Origin: Leptospiraceae bacterium
GTDB taxonomy: Bacteria > Spirochaetota > Leptospiria > Leptospirales > Leptonemataceae
NCBI GenBank assembly: GCA_040217195.1
Contig: JAVJNR010000003.1
Span: forward strand, 416,001 to 480,000
Direction: 5' to 3'
DNA: 64,000 bases
Part shown: positions 39,681 through 50,173 of the stretch, piece by piece
How positions within the stretch are numbered: the first letter of the stretch is position 1
Layout of the letters: the number at the start of each line of letters is the position of its first letter
Made by a program: the position numbers and the translations under genes
Notes under the pieces: model-generated
Database searches by the model: none
The model's input: the letters and a program-made list of their open reading frames with translations, nothing else
Told to the model about the DNA's origin: nothing

Positions 39681-40658
39681 ATGCCTTTTAAGCCCGACTT
39701 CGCCTTTCTAGACGAAGCCTCAGACTTCTTTCATCGATTGCAGGAAGAGATCACCTCGGGCCTGGAAGAAGTTGAGTTGGAGTTTGCGAAAGATAAAGAG
39801 TCGCAAGCAGCCACCTTTCATCAAGACCTCTGGGACCACAGCCATTCCAGCGGAATCATCACAGGTGGTGGCGGTCGAACCCGGGTCATCCAGAACGGAG
39901 CATTGCTGGAAAAAGGAGGAGTAAATGTTTCCGATGTACTGGGCACCTTTCCGGAAGACTTTGCAGCTAGCATGCCTGGAAGCTCGCCTCATTTTCGCGC
40001 CAGTGGAATCTCTCTGGTTATCCATCCAGAACATCCGCTTGTTCCCACGGTTCATGCTAATTTCCGCTTTATAGCTCGACTCAGCGCTCCAGAAAGAAAT
40101 GCAGATGTGGAAAGTTTATGGTTCGGTGGCGGCGCAGATCTCACTCCCTACTATTTATTTGAAGAAGATGCTATTCATTTCCACTCTACGTATCATGGAG
40201 TATGCCAGAAGCATAAGAATGTAGTCAGTTATCAGGAGTTAAAAGAACATTGCGACCGATATTTCTATCTAAAACATAGAGGGGAAAGTCGGGGCATCGG
40301 TGGCATCTTTTACGACTACATGCAGGAAAAGCCCGAGCAAATGCTTGCCTTTACCAGAGATGCAGGAAGTGCCTTTTTACAGAGTTATCTGCCAATAGTA
40401 CATCGTCGAATGAATGAGACTTACAGTCCACAGCAGAAGGAGTTCCAGCTCTGGCGTCGTGGGCGATACGTGGAGTTTAACCTAATTTATGATAGAGGCA
40501 CTTTGTTTGGACTGAAGACAGGAGGACGAATTGAATCCATTTTGATGAGTCTTCCCATGCATGTGATGTGGAAGTACGATTATAATCCTCCGGAAAACAG
40601 TCCAGAATCAAAGTTACTGAAAGTACTTAAAGAGCCGATAGACTGGATAGAGAACTGA
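39681..40658 (+). CDS. hemF: Oxygen-dependent coproporphyrinogen III oxidase
   Basis: EKGGVN, PTVHANFR, WFGGGADLTP, RRGRYVEFNLIYDRGTLFGL. Confidence 0.97.
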   Translation: MPFKPDFAFLDEASDFFHRLQEEITSGLEEVELEFAKDKESQAATFHQDLWDHSHSSGIITGGGGRTRVIQNGALLEKGGVNVSDVLGTFPEDFAASMPGSSPHFRASGISLVIHPEHPLVPTVHANFRFIARLSAPERNADVESLWFGGGADLTPYYLFEEDAIHFHSTYHGVCQKHKNVVSYQELKEHCDRYFYLKHRGESRGIGGIFYDYMQEKPEQMLAFTRDAGSAFLQSYLPIVHRRMNETYSPQQKEFQLWRRGRYVEFNLIYDRGTLFGLKTGGRIESILMSLPMHVMWKYDYNPPENSPESKLLKVLKEPIDWIEN

Positions 40659-41353
40659 TGAGTGCCACTGGCAGAAATACTGAGAACGGAAGAACAATCT
40701 TCATAGGAGATGTTCATGGCTGTGCCCAGGAACTAAAGCTACTTGTACAGAAGCTGGAGCTGCAACCGGAGGATCGTGTTGTGATGCTTGGCGATCTAAT
40801 CAATCGCGGCCCGGACCCGGCCGGCGTTGTGGATTTCGTTTTTGAACAGGGCTTCGAGTGTTTAAAGGGAAATCATGAAGATGAGTATTTGCGCCATTAT
40901 CATGGTCTGGAGCCCTATGCAAGTCTGCGTAGAAAAATAGGCGATGAAAAACATTCCTGGATTGAGAGTTTACCTCTCTGGATAGAATCCGATGATTTTA
41001 TGGCTGTTCATGCAGGTCTGGAACCATATAAACATCCTTCGCAAACCAGTCCAAGGGTGCTACTTACAATTCGCACCTGGGATGGCTCTGGCATCGATTT
41101 AAAGAATCCGGACAACCCGGCCTGGTATGAATTCTACCACGAGTCGAAGCCTGTCTTCTATGGACACTGGGCCCGACGTGGACTAAACATTCGTGATAAC
41201 ACAGTTGGATTGGACTCCGGTTGTGTATATGGCCGAGCACTTTCAGCCTATATTCTAGAAACCAGGGAATTGGTTCAGTTACCTGCCCTGAAGACTCATT
41301 ACATTCCGCCATCCTTACGTCATAAACAGGGCAGCGCTTTCACCGGAAGCTAA
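40658..41353 (+). CDS. Metallophosphoesterase (ApaH/PrpE-like)
   Basis: GDVHG, GDLINRGP, GNHE, GHW, GLDSGCVYG. Confidence 0.9.
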   Translation: MSATGRNTENGRTIFIGDVHGCAQELKLLVQKLELQPEDRVVMLGDLINRGPDPAGVVDFVFEQGFECLKGNHEDEYLRHYHGLEPYASLRRKIGDEKHSWIESLPLWIESDDFMAVHAGLEPYKHPSQTSPRVLLTIRTWDGSGIDLKNPDNPAWYEFYHESKPVFYGHWARRGLNIRDNTVGLDSGCVYGRALSAYILETRELVQLPALKTHYIPPSLRHKQGSAFTGS

Positions 41354-41372
41354 CTCGCAGCCAGACCCGTGG

Positions 41373-42557
41373 CTACAGATAGAAGCGAAGCAGAAAAGCA
41401 ATCTTTTCGAGAATCTTTTCCAGAATGCTTCGTTTCTTCCAGCGATTGCGATGAATCCTTCGACTGCTACTTTCATCTATGTGCCATTGTTCCACCGCCC
41501 TGGCCACAGTAGATTTTCTACAAACCCATGCATCCACTTCCAGGTTATGCAGAAAACTCCGGTAATCCATATTCGTAGACCCTACCATGAACCGATCATC
41601 CACAATGGTCATCTTCGCATGAAACATTCGATTATCAAATTCAAAGACTCTGATCCCGTGTTTTAGTAGGCTTCCGTAGGTGGAACGGCCGGCCTGGCGG
41701 GCCAGCCAGACATCGCTTTTTCCAGCTGTAATGACTCTTACGTCCACTCCCTGAGCAGCCTTCCTTCGTAATAGCCACAGAATGCTCCGAGCAGGAATAA
41801 AATACGCGGAGCCGATGTAGATTCGATTTCTTGCTTTCTTGATTAGTTGAACCAGTACGTGCCTTTGCCGTCGGCGAAGAACTCGACTATGGTTGCTTAA
41901 ATAGAAAATGTCAGGACACCCCGGATCAAAGGGGCTGAGGGAGCCCAGATACCTTCTGGATATTTTAGACCGGGGCATCAAACCGAAGCTCTTTTTTCCT
42001 GCGTAGGTCCAGAGCTCATCGAAACTCTGCTGCAATAACCAGAAGTCCCCACCCTCCACACGCATCATGTTGTCTCTCCATCGGCGGTTGCCTCGCACCT
42101 CCAGGGACAGCTCATCGCCTATGTTCATACCGCCTGTATAGGCGATCCGATCATCCACCAGAACCAGCTTTCTATGATCCCGACGATGGAAACCGGATTT
42201 GAAGGCGCTAAAAAGTCCCACCGGTTTAAATACACGAAATGCAGCAGTACTATTCCGAAAATATCTACGAAGATTCCAGAGAGGAAAGGAACCCACTCCA
42301 TCCACCAGTACTCTAATTCGAACTCCTCTCCGGGCCGCAGCCAGCAGAGATTGAATTACCCGTTCGCCTGTATGGTCGGAATGGAAGATATAGGATTCAA
42401 GGCAGATAGATACATTGGCCGAATCCAAATCAGCAATAACAGAATTAAAGAAGTCGTCCCCTTCCCAGAACAGATCCACCTGGCTGGATGATTCTGCGGG
42501 AATGTGTATTCTCTTTTTACGGCGAAGCATTCTCCCTGCTTTCTCTGAGATGGGCAC
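41373..42557 (-). CDS. clsB: Cardiolipin synthase B-like phospholipase D
   Basis: Two HKD motifs (HRKLVLVD, HAKMTIVD); no N-terminal TM. Confidence 0.82.
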   Translation of the reverse strand: MPISEKAGRMLRRKKRIHIPAESSSQVDLFWEGDDFFNSVIADLDSANVSICLESYIFHSDHTGERVIQSLLAAARRGVRIRVLVDGVGSFPLWNLRRYFRNSTAAFRVFKPVGLFSAFKSGFHRRDHRKLVLVDDRIAYTGGMNIGDELSLEVRGNRRWRDNMMRVEGGDFWLLQQSFDELWTYAGKKSFGLMPRSKISRRYLGSLSPFDPGCPDIFYLSNHSRVLRRRQRHVLVQLIKKARNRIYIGSAYFIPARSILWLLRRKAAQGVDVRVITAGKSDVWLARQAGRSTYGSLLKHGIRVFEFDNRMFHAKMTIVDDRFMVGSTNMDYRSFLHNLEVDAWVCRKSTVARAVEQWHIDESSSRRIHRNRWKKRSILEKILEKIAFLLRFYL

Positions 42558-43782
42558 TGGTATCGGTGAAAAAGGTAACCATACGCGACCACCCTGCCCT
42601 GTCTAGCTTTCTGGGCGCATCAGGGTTCCGCTTCAGTTTTCCATCCTCATAATAGAGGTATTGATCGGCAGGCAGCACTCTGTAAAGAGGTCTTTTACCG
42701 CTACGATCAATGTATACCATCACAGGCACATAGTTCACATCTTTGATTATTAAGCCTCCGCCCTCCTTGCGTACAGTAAACTGAAAGATCATTCCCCCAT
42801 CGGTGTACCTTCGAATTTGATGAGAAACAAAATTACCCAGTGAATACGCAATTAATACAGGACGCAGACTACCATCGGCATTTTTCACATATCTTTTTTC
42901 GAAAGGCTGTAAAACGTGCGGATGGCCCCCGATGACTATGTCAGCACCTGCACTCACTGCCACGTTAACCATTTGCTTTTGATAGTTATTTGGCTGCCGC
43001 GTATATTCCGCTCCGTAATGAAACAGTACCATCTTCAAATCAACATTCATTGTAGAAGCTTTCTTTAGATCCATGCGAATTTGATCCGGATGTATATGGT
43101 TGATTCTTACACCAGGGGGAACCGGTATTCCATTTGTACCATAGGTATAATTCAGCATTGCGATTCGGAAACCATTCTTTTCCACCACAGGAATGGGGTT
43201 TTCTTTGTAGCTCTTCATGTCCGGGTAAACACCCAGGCCAACCATGCCCAGTTTCTGCACTACATTGAATGTACGTATGACTCCAGCTTTTCCGGTGTCC
43301 ACAGTATGATTGTTCGCAAGGGTCAAAACATCGAAGCCAGCTTCCTTCATGGCCCGGGCATAGGCATCCGGACTTCCAAACAATGGATACCCATTGTATT
43401 TTTCAGGTTTTCCTGGCAATGTTACCTCCAGGTTTCCAATAGCGATGTCAGCCTTCTGAAAGATCGCGGCCGTATCTTCGAAGACAGAGGAGTAATCATA
43501 GCATTTGCATTCCGGGTCGTAAGCGCTCTTGATTTGCTCATCATGTCCCATTAAATCGCCCACCACTGCAAACCTGACCTCGGATCCAGTGGGAGCCGAC
43601 CATAGAGGCGAAGCACTAAAAGGAGCGCACAGACCAAAAGCAAGAATGAATGCGCTTATTGCTGCGGTTAAATGGGGAAACTCCGGAAAACCCTTCCGGA
43701 CCCTCCCATATGTCAGAAATTCTGTGCGAATCCGGGATTTCTGCCCTTGCAACCGATTCTTTTTGTCATTTACACGTTTCAT
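42517..43782 (-). CDS. CapA (PGA_cap) family metallophosphatase
   Basis: VGDLM, GNLE, LANNH, GGHPHV, YSLGNF. Confidence 0.92.
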   Translation of the reverse strand: MKRVNDKKNRLQGQKSRIRTEFLTYGRVRKGFPEFPHLTAAISAFILAFGLCAPFSASPLWSAPTGSEVRFAVVGDLMGHDEQIKSAYDPECKCYDYSSVFEDTAAIFQKADIAIGNLEVTLPGKPEKYNGYPLFGSPDAYARAMKEAGFDVLTLANNHTVDTGKAGVIRTFNVVQKLGMVGLGVYPDMKSYKENPIPVVEKNGFRIAMLNYTYGTNGIPVPPGVRINHIHPDQIRMDLKKASTMNVDLKMVLFHYGAEYTRQPNNYQKQMVNVAVSAGADIVIGGHPHVLQPFEKRYVKNADGSLRPVLIAYSLGNFVSHQIRRYTDGGMIFQFTVRKEGGGLIIKDVNYVPVMVYIDRSGKRPLYRVLPADQYLYYEDGKLKRNPDAPRKLDRAGWSRMVTFFTDTSAHLRESRENASP

Positions 43783-43802
43783 AGTAGGGAGCCTCTGGCA
43801 CA

Positions 43803-45029
43803 ATGGATCAATACCGGAGCTGGAAGAACAAAGCAATTCTTTATTGCAAGGGAATGGCCATGGGTTCGGCCGATATCATTCCTGGAGTTTCCGGTGGAAC
43901 CATCGCATTGATCAGCGGCATATATGAGCATCTAATTGGAGCCATCAGTTATGTAAAGCCTTCCCATGCCCTGGATGTATTCCGTTTACTTCTGCCATCC
44001 CGGAGAGCCGAGGCCTGGAGAAACCTGAGAGGTATTCATTGGAGCTTTATCATTCCACTGGCTCTGGGAATCGTATCTGGCCTGGCAATCATGATTCAGA
44101 TCATTCCTTACGTTCTTGAAAACTATACATTTGAGACTTACAGCGTTTTCTTTGGACTCATTCTATTTTCCATCACGGTGCCCTACAAGAAGATGGATAA
44201 AGGCATGAAGGAATTCGTAGCTGCGCTTCTGTTTGCCCTATTAACATTTCTGGTGGTTGGTCTGAGCACTGTAGAGAATTTAAAGACTGAAGTAGTCCAG
44301 ATAGAGAATGAAAAGGTCAGCACCGTTCTGGAAATGCGGACAGATGCCAAGGGCTCCATTGAAATACCGGCTCGTCCAGGTGATTTTGAAATCTATGTCT
44401 TTGATTCTGAAGGAAATAGAAAGTCATTTCCTCTGAGCATAGCAGAGAAGAAAGTCGAAAGCGAAAATGAAACCGAAGCCGCAGAGAAATGGTCCGTTCG
44501 CTCTGAAGTAAAGGCCGTGGGCGAACTGGAAGTACTATTTCGCCTGAAAGGAGATAAGATCAAGGCAACGTTTTCCGAACAGGCATCCACGTCCCTGGGC
44601 TACATCTTTCTTTGTGGTGCTCTGGCCATATCTGCCATGATACTTCCTGGAATTTCTGGAGCTTACATTTTAGTGTTGATGGGTGAATATAAATTCATCC
44701 TGGAGTCCATTGAAAGCCGGGATCTTGTGGTTCTGGGTAGCTTTGCTGCCGGTCTACTGGTAGGAATATTATCTATAGTCAGGGTTCTCAAGTATATGCT
44801 GGAAAAGCATCATTCTTTGACCATGGCTGCATTGACTGGCATTATGATTGGCAGCTTGCGAAAGATCTGGCCAGGACACTACATATCAGGTGCTCCGGAC
44901 ACTTCGACATTGCTCACCGCAGTGGCCCTGGCAGCTGCCGGTGCTGCTTTACTTTTTCTACTGGAACTACTATCCACCAGGCTTCAAGACCCGGAGCCTC
45001 CTACAGATTCTAAGGACCAGGGGAAATGA
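43803..45029 (+). CDS. DUF368 family protein (undecaprenyl-phosphate translocase family) with a soluble insertion
   Basis: KGMAMGSADIIPGVSGGTIA and AMILPGISG repeats. Confidence 0.92.
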   Translation: MDQYRSWKNKAILYCKGMAMGSADIIPGVSGGTIALISGIYEHLIGAISYVKPSHALDVFRLLLPSRRAEAWRNLRGIHWSFIIPLALGIVSGLAIMIQIIPYVLENYTFETYSVFFGLILFSITVPYKKMDKGMKEFVAALLFALLTFLVVGLSTVENLKTEVVQIENEKVSTVLEMRTDAKGSIEIPARPGDFEIYVFDSEGNRKSFPLSIAEKKVESENETEAAEKWSVRSEVKAVGELEVLFRLKGDKIKATFSEQASTSLGYIFLCGALAISAMILPGISGAYILVLMGEYKFILESIESRDLVVLGSFAAGLLVGILSIVRVLKYMLEKHHSLTMAALTGIMIGSLRKIWPGHYISGAPDTSTLLTAVALAAAGAALLFLLELLSTRLQDPEPPTDSKDQGK

Positions 45030-45311
45030 TCTGGCCCGATTGAGCCTCGCTCCTTTCGGGCCAGCAGCCCTGCATCCACTCGGGCTTACTAAAGCTCCAG
45101 GGCCGTATGCCAGTTCTTTTCTCTAATCTGCCTTCAATTCATCCAGAATTGCCTATAAACCTTGCTGTTTCTATTTGCATTTTTCCGGACCAGACCTTAG
45201 TCTTATGCAATGCAGGTTTTACCAGGACTCCGCATCGGAGCTTTGCCGGGACTGGATAATCCGAGGCAATAGGATGTTCCTGATGAGGAATCTGCGAATA
45301 GATGGGCCCAA

Positions 45312-46703
45312 ATGAAAGCGAATCAAAAAGATTTCATCGCTGAAATTCAAAGGATTCCAGGCCTTCGTACAGTTCTGGAGAAATCCGAACTACAGGCCAG
45401 AAGCCGGGATCGCACCGGCAGAGGAAGCGATTCGCCACTTATACTCACAGAACCGGAAAGCACCGAACAGGTACAATCAATTATAGAGGTCTGTAGAAAA
45501 TTCAAGATCCCTGTAGTACCCCAGGGGGGAAGGACCGGCTATGCAGGGGCAGCAAGCTCTGGAGGCGATGATCTGTTATTATCTCTGGGCAAAATGAACC
45601 ATATTCTTGAACTGGATCCATATTTACCGGCCCTTCGAGTGGAGGCTGGATGCATTACACAGGAAGTTCAGGAATATGCCATTGATCAGGGCTATTACTT
45701 TCCAGTAGATTTCGCCTCTGCAGGCTCATCGCAGATAGGAGGCAATGCAGCAACCAATGCAGGCGGAATTCGTTTCATACGATACGGAGGCATGCGAAAT
45801 CACATTCTGGGACTAAAAGCGGTAACCGGCGCAGGCGAAATTCTGGAATTCAGTGGAGAAGTTTTGAAGGATAACACTGGATACAACTTGAAAGAACTGC
45901 TGGTAGGATCCGAAGGCACCCTGGCCATCATTACAGAACTAACTGTTGCCCTGAGTAAATCGCCTCCCAGCACTATTGCAGTTTTATGCGCTCATCTGAA
46001 TTTCAGAGAAGTATTAGAACTACTATCGCTGGTCAGAAAATCAGGTCTGGATTTGTATGCCTTTGAGTTCTTTGACCAGGCCTGTCTTGAACAGGTGCTG
46101 GAATATAATTCATTGAAATCCCCCTTTTCAGAAAAGGGCCATTATTATTCCCTTCTGGAATTTTCGGTGGACTCTGCTGGGGCCTCGTTTCTGGAATCTG
46201 GCTCACTGATGGAATTCTGCAGAGATGCCCTTCCAGCGGATAGTAACTCCGGAATAAAGAGGTTCTGGTCCTATCGTGAAAACATTAGCGAAAGTCTGTC
46301 TCATGGTCCGGTGCATAAGAATGATATCAGCATTCCACTGCGAAGCATTCCGGAATATGTAGAGGAACTGGAGGGATTGCTCAAAAGTAAGATCCCCAAT
46401 GTTAAGTGCTATCTATTTGGCCACATAGGTGATGGCAATATTCATATTAACCTGAAGCCCACATCCGAATCGGAAAACTTTGAACAGGATTGCTCCTATT
46501 TCGATGAACTGAACACAGAACTAATACAGAGGTTTCACGGATCTATAAGCGCAGAGCATGGAATCGGTACTTTGAAGAAAGAATCTCTGAAAAAGGTCCG
46601 TAGCCCTTATGAAATGCAGCTAATGCGAGATATCAAGACAAGCTTCGATCCAGATCATATATTGAACCCCGGAAAGATCTTTGATATGATAGACAATTCA
46701 TGA
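45312..46703 (+). CDS. FAD-linked 2-hydroxyacid oxidoreductase (D-2-hydroxyglutarate/D-lactate dehydrogenase family)
   Basis: PQGGRTG, IGGNAATNAGG, GSEGTL, GHIGDGNIH, SAEHGIG, LNPGK. Confidence 0.92.
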   Translation: MKANQKDFIAEIQRIPGLRTVLEKSELQARSRDRTGRGSDSPLILTEPESTEQVQSIIEVCRKFKIPVVPQGGRTGYAGAASSGGDDLLLSLGKMNHILELDPYLPALRVEAGCITQEVQEYAIDQGYYFPVDFASAGSSQIGGNAATNAGGIRFIRYGGMRNHILGLKAVTGAGEILEFSGEVLKDNTGYNLKELLVGSEGTLAIITELTVALSKSPPSTIAVLCAHLNFREVLELLSLVRKSGLDLYAFEFFDQACLEQVLEYNSLKSPFSEKGHYYSLLEFSVDSAGASFLESGSLMEFCRDALPADSNSGIKRFWSYRENISESLSHGPVHKNDISIPLRSIPEYVEELEGLLKSKIPNVKCYLFGHIGDGNIHINLKPTSESENFEQDCSYFDELNTELIQRFHGSISAEHGIGTLKKESLKKVRSPYEMQLMRDIKTSFDPDHILNPGKIFDMIDNS

Positions 46704-46837
46704 ATCCGGTTTGGTAATTCCTATTTATCAGCCTGGACAAAGCGACTATCAAAGCCCAGGATTCGCTTTTTGCTTAACTATCTACTTTCGATGGATTTTT
46801 TCCTTTTCCCTCCATGCCCCCTTCCTAAGCTTCCAAT

Positions 46838-48703
46838 GTGAACCGCATCCAAGATTATGCCCTTATCGGAGATTGTCACTCCAGCGCCCTGGTGGGAAAA
46901 GATGGATCCATCGACTGGTGTGTATTTCCTCGCTTTGACTCTCCTTCCGTATTCAGTAAGATACTGGATGAAAAGAAAGGCGGTTTTTATCGAATTCATG
47001 CGAAAGACTACTCCAGGGTAGAAAGATCCTACAGCCCAGATACCAATATTCTGGAAACAGATTTCCATACAGAAGAAGGCATTCTTCATCTCCAGGATTG
47101 CATGCCCGTGCATCCGCTGGACCCCACACGTCCGGCAAGAGTTGAGGCCTATGGTTCCGTTCTTCGCAAGGCCACCTGCACGGAAGGCTCAGCAACGGTG
47201 GAGGTCATGATTCAGGCTGCTTTTGAGTACGGAAGCTTCGTTCCCCGATTCAGAAGTACATCATCCACGACTGCAGAAATCACTGGCGGGGCCGATGCCC
47301 TCTGGATTACATGCAGCCATCCCATTAACAGCAATCATGAATGCATTTCCGCTACTGTGGATCTACAGGAAGGCGAAAGCTTGATCATCGATTTGCAATG
47401 GCTACCCTCGATAGATGAGCGAAAGCCAGAACAGCATCCTACCCTGGAAGACCTGGAAACCAGACTGAAACAGACTCGAACATTCTGGAAAACCTGGATC
47501 AGCAAATGCAAATACTCGGGTCCCTATGAAGAGCCAATCAAGCGAAGCGCCCTGGCTCTAAAAGCAATGACCTATGCACCTTCTGGCGCGGTGGTTGCAG
47601 CCCCCACCACATCCCTGCCCGAGCAGATGGGAGGAGAAAGAAACTGGGACTATCGCTATACCTGGATTCGAGACAGTACACTTACGTTGATTTCTCTGAT
47701 GATTCTTGGATTCAAATCCGAAGCAGATGCATTTCGTCACTGGCTGCGTCGCACATCGGCAGGACGCCCCCAGGATCTTCAAATAATGTATGGAATCGAT
47801 GGCAGAAGATCTTTGCCGGAGCAGGAGTTGAGCCATCTGGCGGGCCACCGTTCATCCAGACCGGTTCGGATTGGAAATGGTGCAGTAAAACAACTACAGC
47901 TCGATGCTTACGGATCTCTGCTACAGGCGGTACATCTTTATGCAAGATTGGGTGGCGAAGTAAGTCCCAGTAACTGGCATTATCTTTCTGGACTGGCCGA
48001 GATTGTGACCCGGCGCTGGGAACTTCCGGACCAGGGAATCTGGGAGATCCGAGATCAGCCCCGGCACTTTATTCATTCAAAATTGCTTTGCTGGGTAGCC
48101 ATGGATCGAGCTATTAAGATTGCTGAGTCCCACGGTTTTGAAGCTCCCTTTGAATCCTGGAAAAATCACCGAGACAGTATACGCAATTATCTAATGGAGG
48201 ATGCCACGCGAAAGGGCTGGTTCTCCCAGCATACCGATGGCGAAGAGGCCGATGCATCGTCTCTTCTGGTGCCGGCCATGGGCTTTCTTCCACCTACCCA
48301 TCCGCTGGTCCTGGGAACCATTGAAAAGATTCGAGCCACTCTGGAAAATAAGGGACTGGTCTACAGGTATAAGAGTCCCGATGGACTGAAAGGTGAAGAA
48401 GGAGGATTTCTACTTTGCTCCTTCTGGCTTCTAGATGCGCTGATCCATGCCCGAAAACTCAAGGAATCCAGGAGTCTTCTGGAACGACTGATTCAACTGG
48501 AAAATGACTGTGGACTTTATGCTGAAGAAGCCATTCCGGATACCGGAGAGGCCCTGGGAAACTTTCCTCAGGCATTTACACATATGGCGCTGGTAACTTC
48601 CTGCACCCACTGGACCGCAGCTCTGGAGGATCATTTGCCTCCCGGAAATGAAGCCTATGATTTTGCCGAGTTCGCCATGCGATTGATGCAGGAAAGGAAA
48701 TGA
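46838..48703 (+). CDS. Glycoside hydrolase family 15 (trehalase-like)
   Basis: DYALIGD, AAPTTSLPE..GGERNWDYRY, GIWE, LGNFPQAFTH. Confidence 0.93.
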   Translation: MNRIQDYALIGDCHSSALVGKDGSIDWCVFPRFDSPSVFSKILDEKKGGFYRIHAKDYSRVERSYSPDTNILETDFHTEEGILHLQDCMPVHPLDPTRPARVEAYGSVLRKATCTEGSATVEVMIQAAFEYGSFVPRFRSTSSTTAEITGGADALWITCSHPINSNHECISATVDLQEGESLIIDLQWLPSIDERKPEQHPTLEDLETRLKQTRTFWKTWISKCKYSGPYEEPIKRSALALKAMTYAPSGAVVAAPTTSLPEQMGGERNWDYRYTWIRDSTLTLISLMILGFKSEADAFRHWLRRTSAGRPQDLQIMYGIDGRRSLPEQELSHLAGHRSSRPVRIGNGAVKQLQLDAYGSLLQAVHLYARLGGEVSPSNWHYLSGLAEIVTRRWELPDQGIWEIRDQPRHFIHSKLLCWVAMDRAIKIAESHGFEAPFESWKNHRDSIRNYLMEDATRKGWFSQHTDGEEADASSLLVPAMGFLPPTHPLVLGTIEKIRATLENKGLVYRYKSPDGLKGEEGGFLLCSFWLLDALIHARKLKESRSLLERLIQLENDCGLYAEEAIPDTGEALGNFPQAFTHMALVTSCTHWTAALEDHLPPGNEAYDFAEFAMRLMQERK

Positions 48704-48833
48704 ATCTTTTCGCTTGCCTTTTTAGCCGAATCTTTCATGATCCGCCGATCCATATTTGTGCACTGACTACCCCGAAGGCGATACAGGGGTAGAGACCTTT
48801 AATCATTGCACGATTTTTCATTTTGAGGTATAT

Positions 48834-49316
48834 ATGAACTCCAGAAAGACTAAAATCCTGCTTTCACTTCTGATTTCTATGTTTGTGGTTTCGGCTACAA
48901 CAGACTGCGCATTCCAGCGTATGCGTGAAAATCTCAAGAACTGTGAATTTGACCTGGACTCGGTTTCCATTAAGAGCATGAGCTTTACCAGCGTTGAGCT
49001 GGCCGTTGACGTTGGAATTGAGAATCCAAATTCAGAGCAGGTTATCCTTGATAAGCTTGTTTTTGATCTATATGGCGGAGACCGTAAACTGGGCTCGGGT
49101 AAACACAATGAAACAGCTGTAATCCCTCCCTCCGAGCGAAAGGTAGTCAGCATCGATTTCAGCGCTTCTCTATCGGAAGTGGGAATGGGCCTTTTGCAAA
49201 ACTTAAAGAGCGGCCAGGCAACCTATCGCATGGAAGGGACGGCCTACCTGAAGACCTTTCTGGGCGAAGTGCCAATTCCATTTAGCATCGAAAAAGACCT
49301 CAGCAAGCAAAACTAG
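48834..49316 (+). CDS. LEA_2 (WHy) domain exported protein
   Basis: Signal peptide, IENPN motif, YRMEG; GAGG RBS. Confidence 0.85.
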   Translation: MNSRKTKILLSLLISMFVVSATTDCAFQRMRENLKNCEFDLDSVSIKSMSFTSVELAVDVGIENPNSEQVILDKLVFDLYGGDRKLGSGKHNETAVIPPSERKVVSIDFSASLSEVGMGLLQNLKSGQATYRMEGTAYLKTFLGEVPIPFSIEKDLSKQN

Positions 49317-49508
49317 GATCCAGTCCCTTTTTTCGGCACTAATCCATGCTCTTCATCGGGCCCTTTCAGGACATCTAGAATCCCGGCGCTCTATTCCGGC
49401 GCCGGCGGCTTTTCTACCGATTTATATGAGCGTTTTAGTCTGGTCTAAATCGGTGGATTGAGTCTGCTTGAAAGCAGGGGTTTGAGCCTGCGGATAATTC
49501 ATTGCGTT

Positions 49509-50123
49509 TTAAGCCATGGAACGAAGAGTTCGAGGTGGCAAGAGTGCTTCCAGAACAGCCCCTGAATTATCAATTGTGAACCGCACTGCCCCTGCCTTTT
49601 TAATCTGGAAACTCATGGCCCCTTCCACAACCGTATGCTCGCCTTCATCCGAAGGTAGCCAGTGCTGGAGCTCAGAGAAAGTTTCCATATGCGGCTCCCT
49701 GGTATTCCAGAGCCTGGAGTAATCCGGTATTCGATGCAAATTCAGCAGCAGCGCGCAGGTTTCTGAAATATCTGGCTCATGTCCAAAGATCAAAAGCGCT
49801 TCAGTCTCCCCCAGGCTTGAATATATCATTGCTTTGAGATAATCCAGGCAGTTGGCACCGGGCCTTAAAGTTTCCTCGGTTTCGGAATTAGCCTTCCCTC
49901 CATAGGCTTTCCAGAATACCTCGGCGGTCTGGCGAGCCCGGATGGCAGGGGAAGTCAACGAACGGGGCACTTCTGTCCTATCTTTTAGTAACCGGCTCAG
50001 ACCTTTCATGGCCTGGAGGGCTTTTTCCGTCCCACTTCGGGTCAATGGCCTTTCCAGATCGGAACCACTGAATTCTTCCCTTTCCATGGCTATTCCGTGT
50101 CGAATTAGGTACACGGTTCGCAT
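49509..50123 (-). CDS. sixA: Histidine phosphatase SixA-like
   Basis: LIRHG, DLERPLT, SPAIRARQTA, GHEP, IKKAG. Confidence 0.8.
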   Translation of the reverse strand: MRTVYLIRHGIAMEREEFSGSDLERPLTRSGTEKALQAMKGLSRLLKDRTEVPRSLTSPAIRARQTAEVFWKAYGGKANSETEETLRPGANCLDYLKAMIYSSLGETEALLIFGHEPDISETCALLLNLHRIPDYSRLWNTREPHMETFSELQHWLPSDEGEHTVVEGAMSFQIKKAGAVRFTIDNSGAVLEALLPPRTLRSMA

Positions 50124-50173
50124 GCAATTGAATTTGAATTTGTGCGCCACAGCGTCTATTTTTTTCTGGGAGT

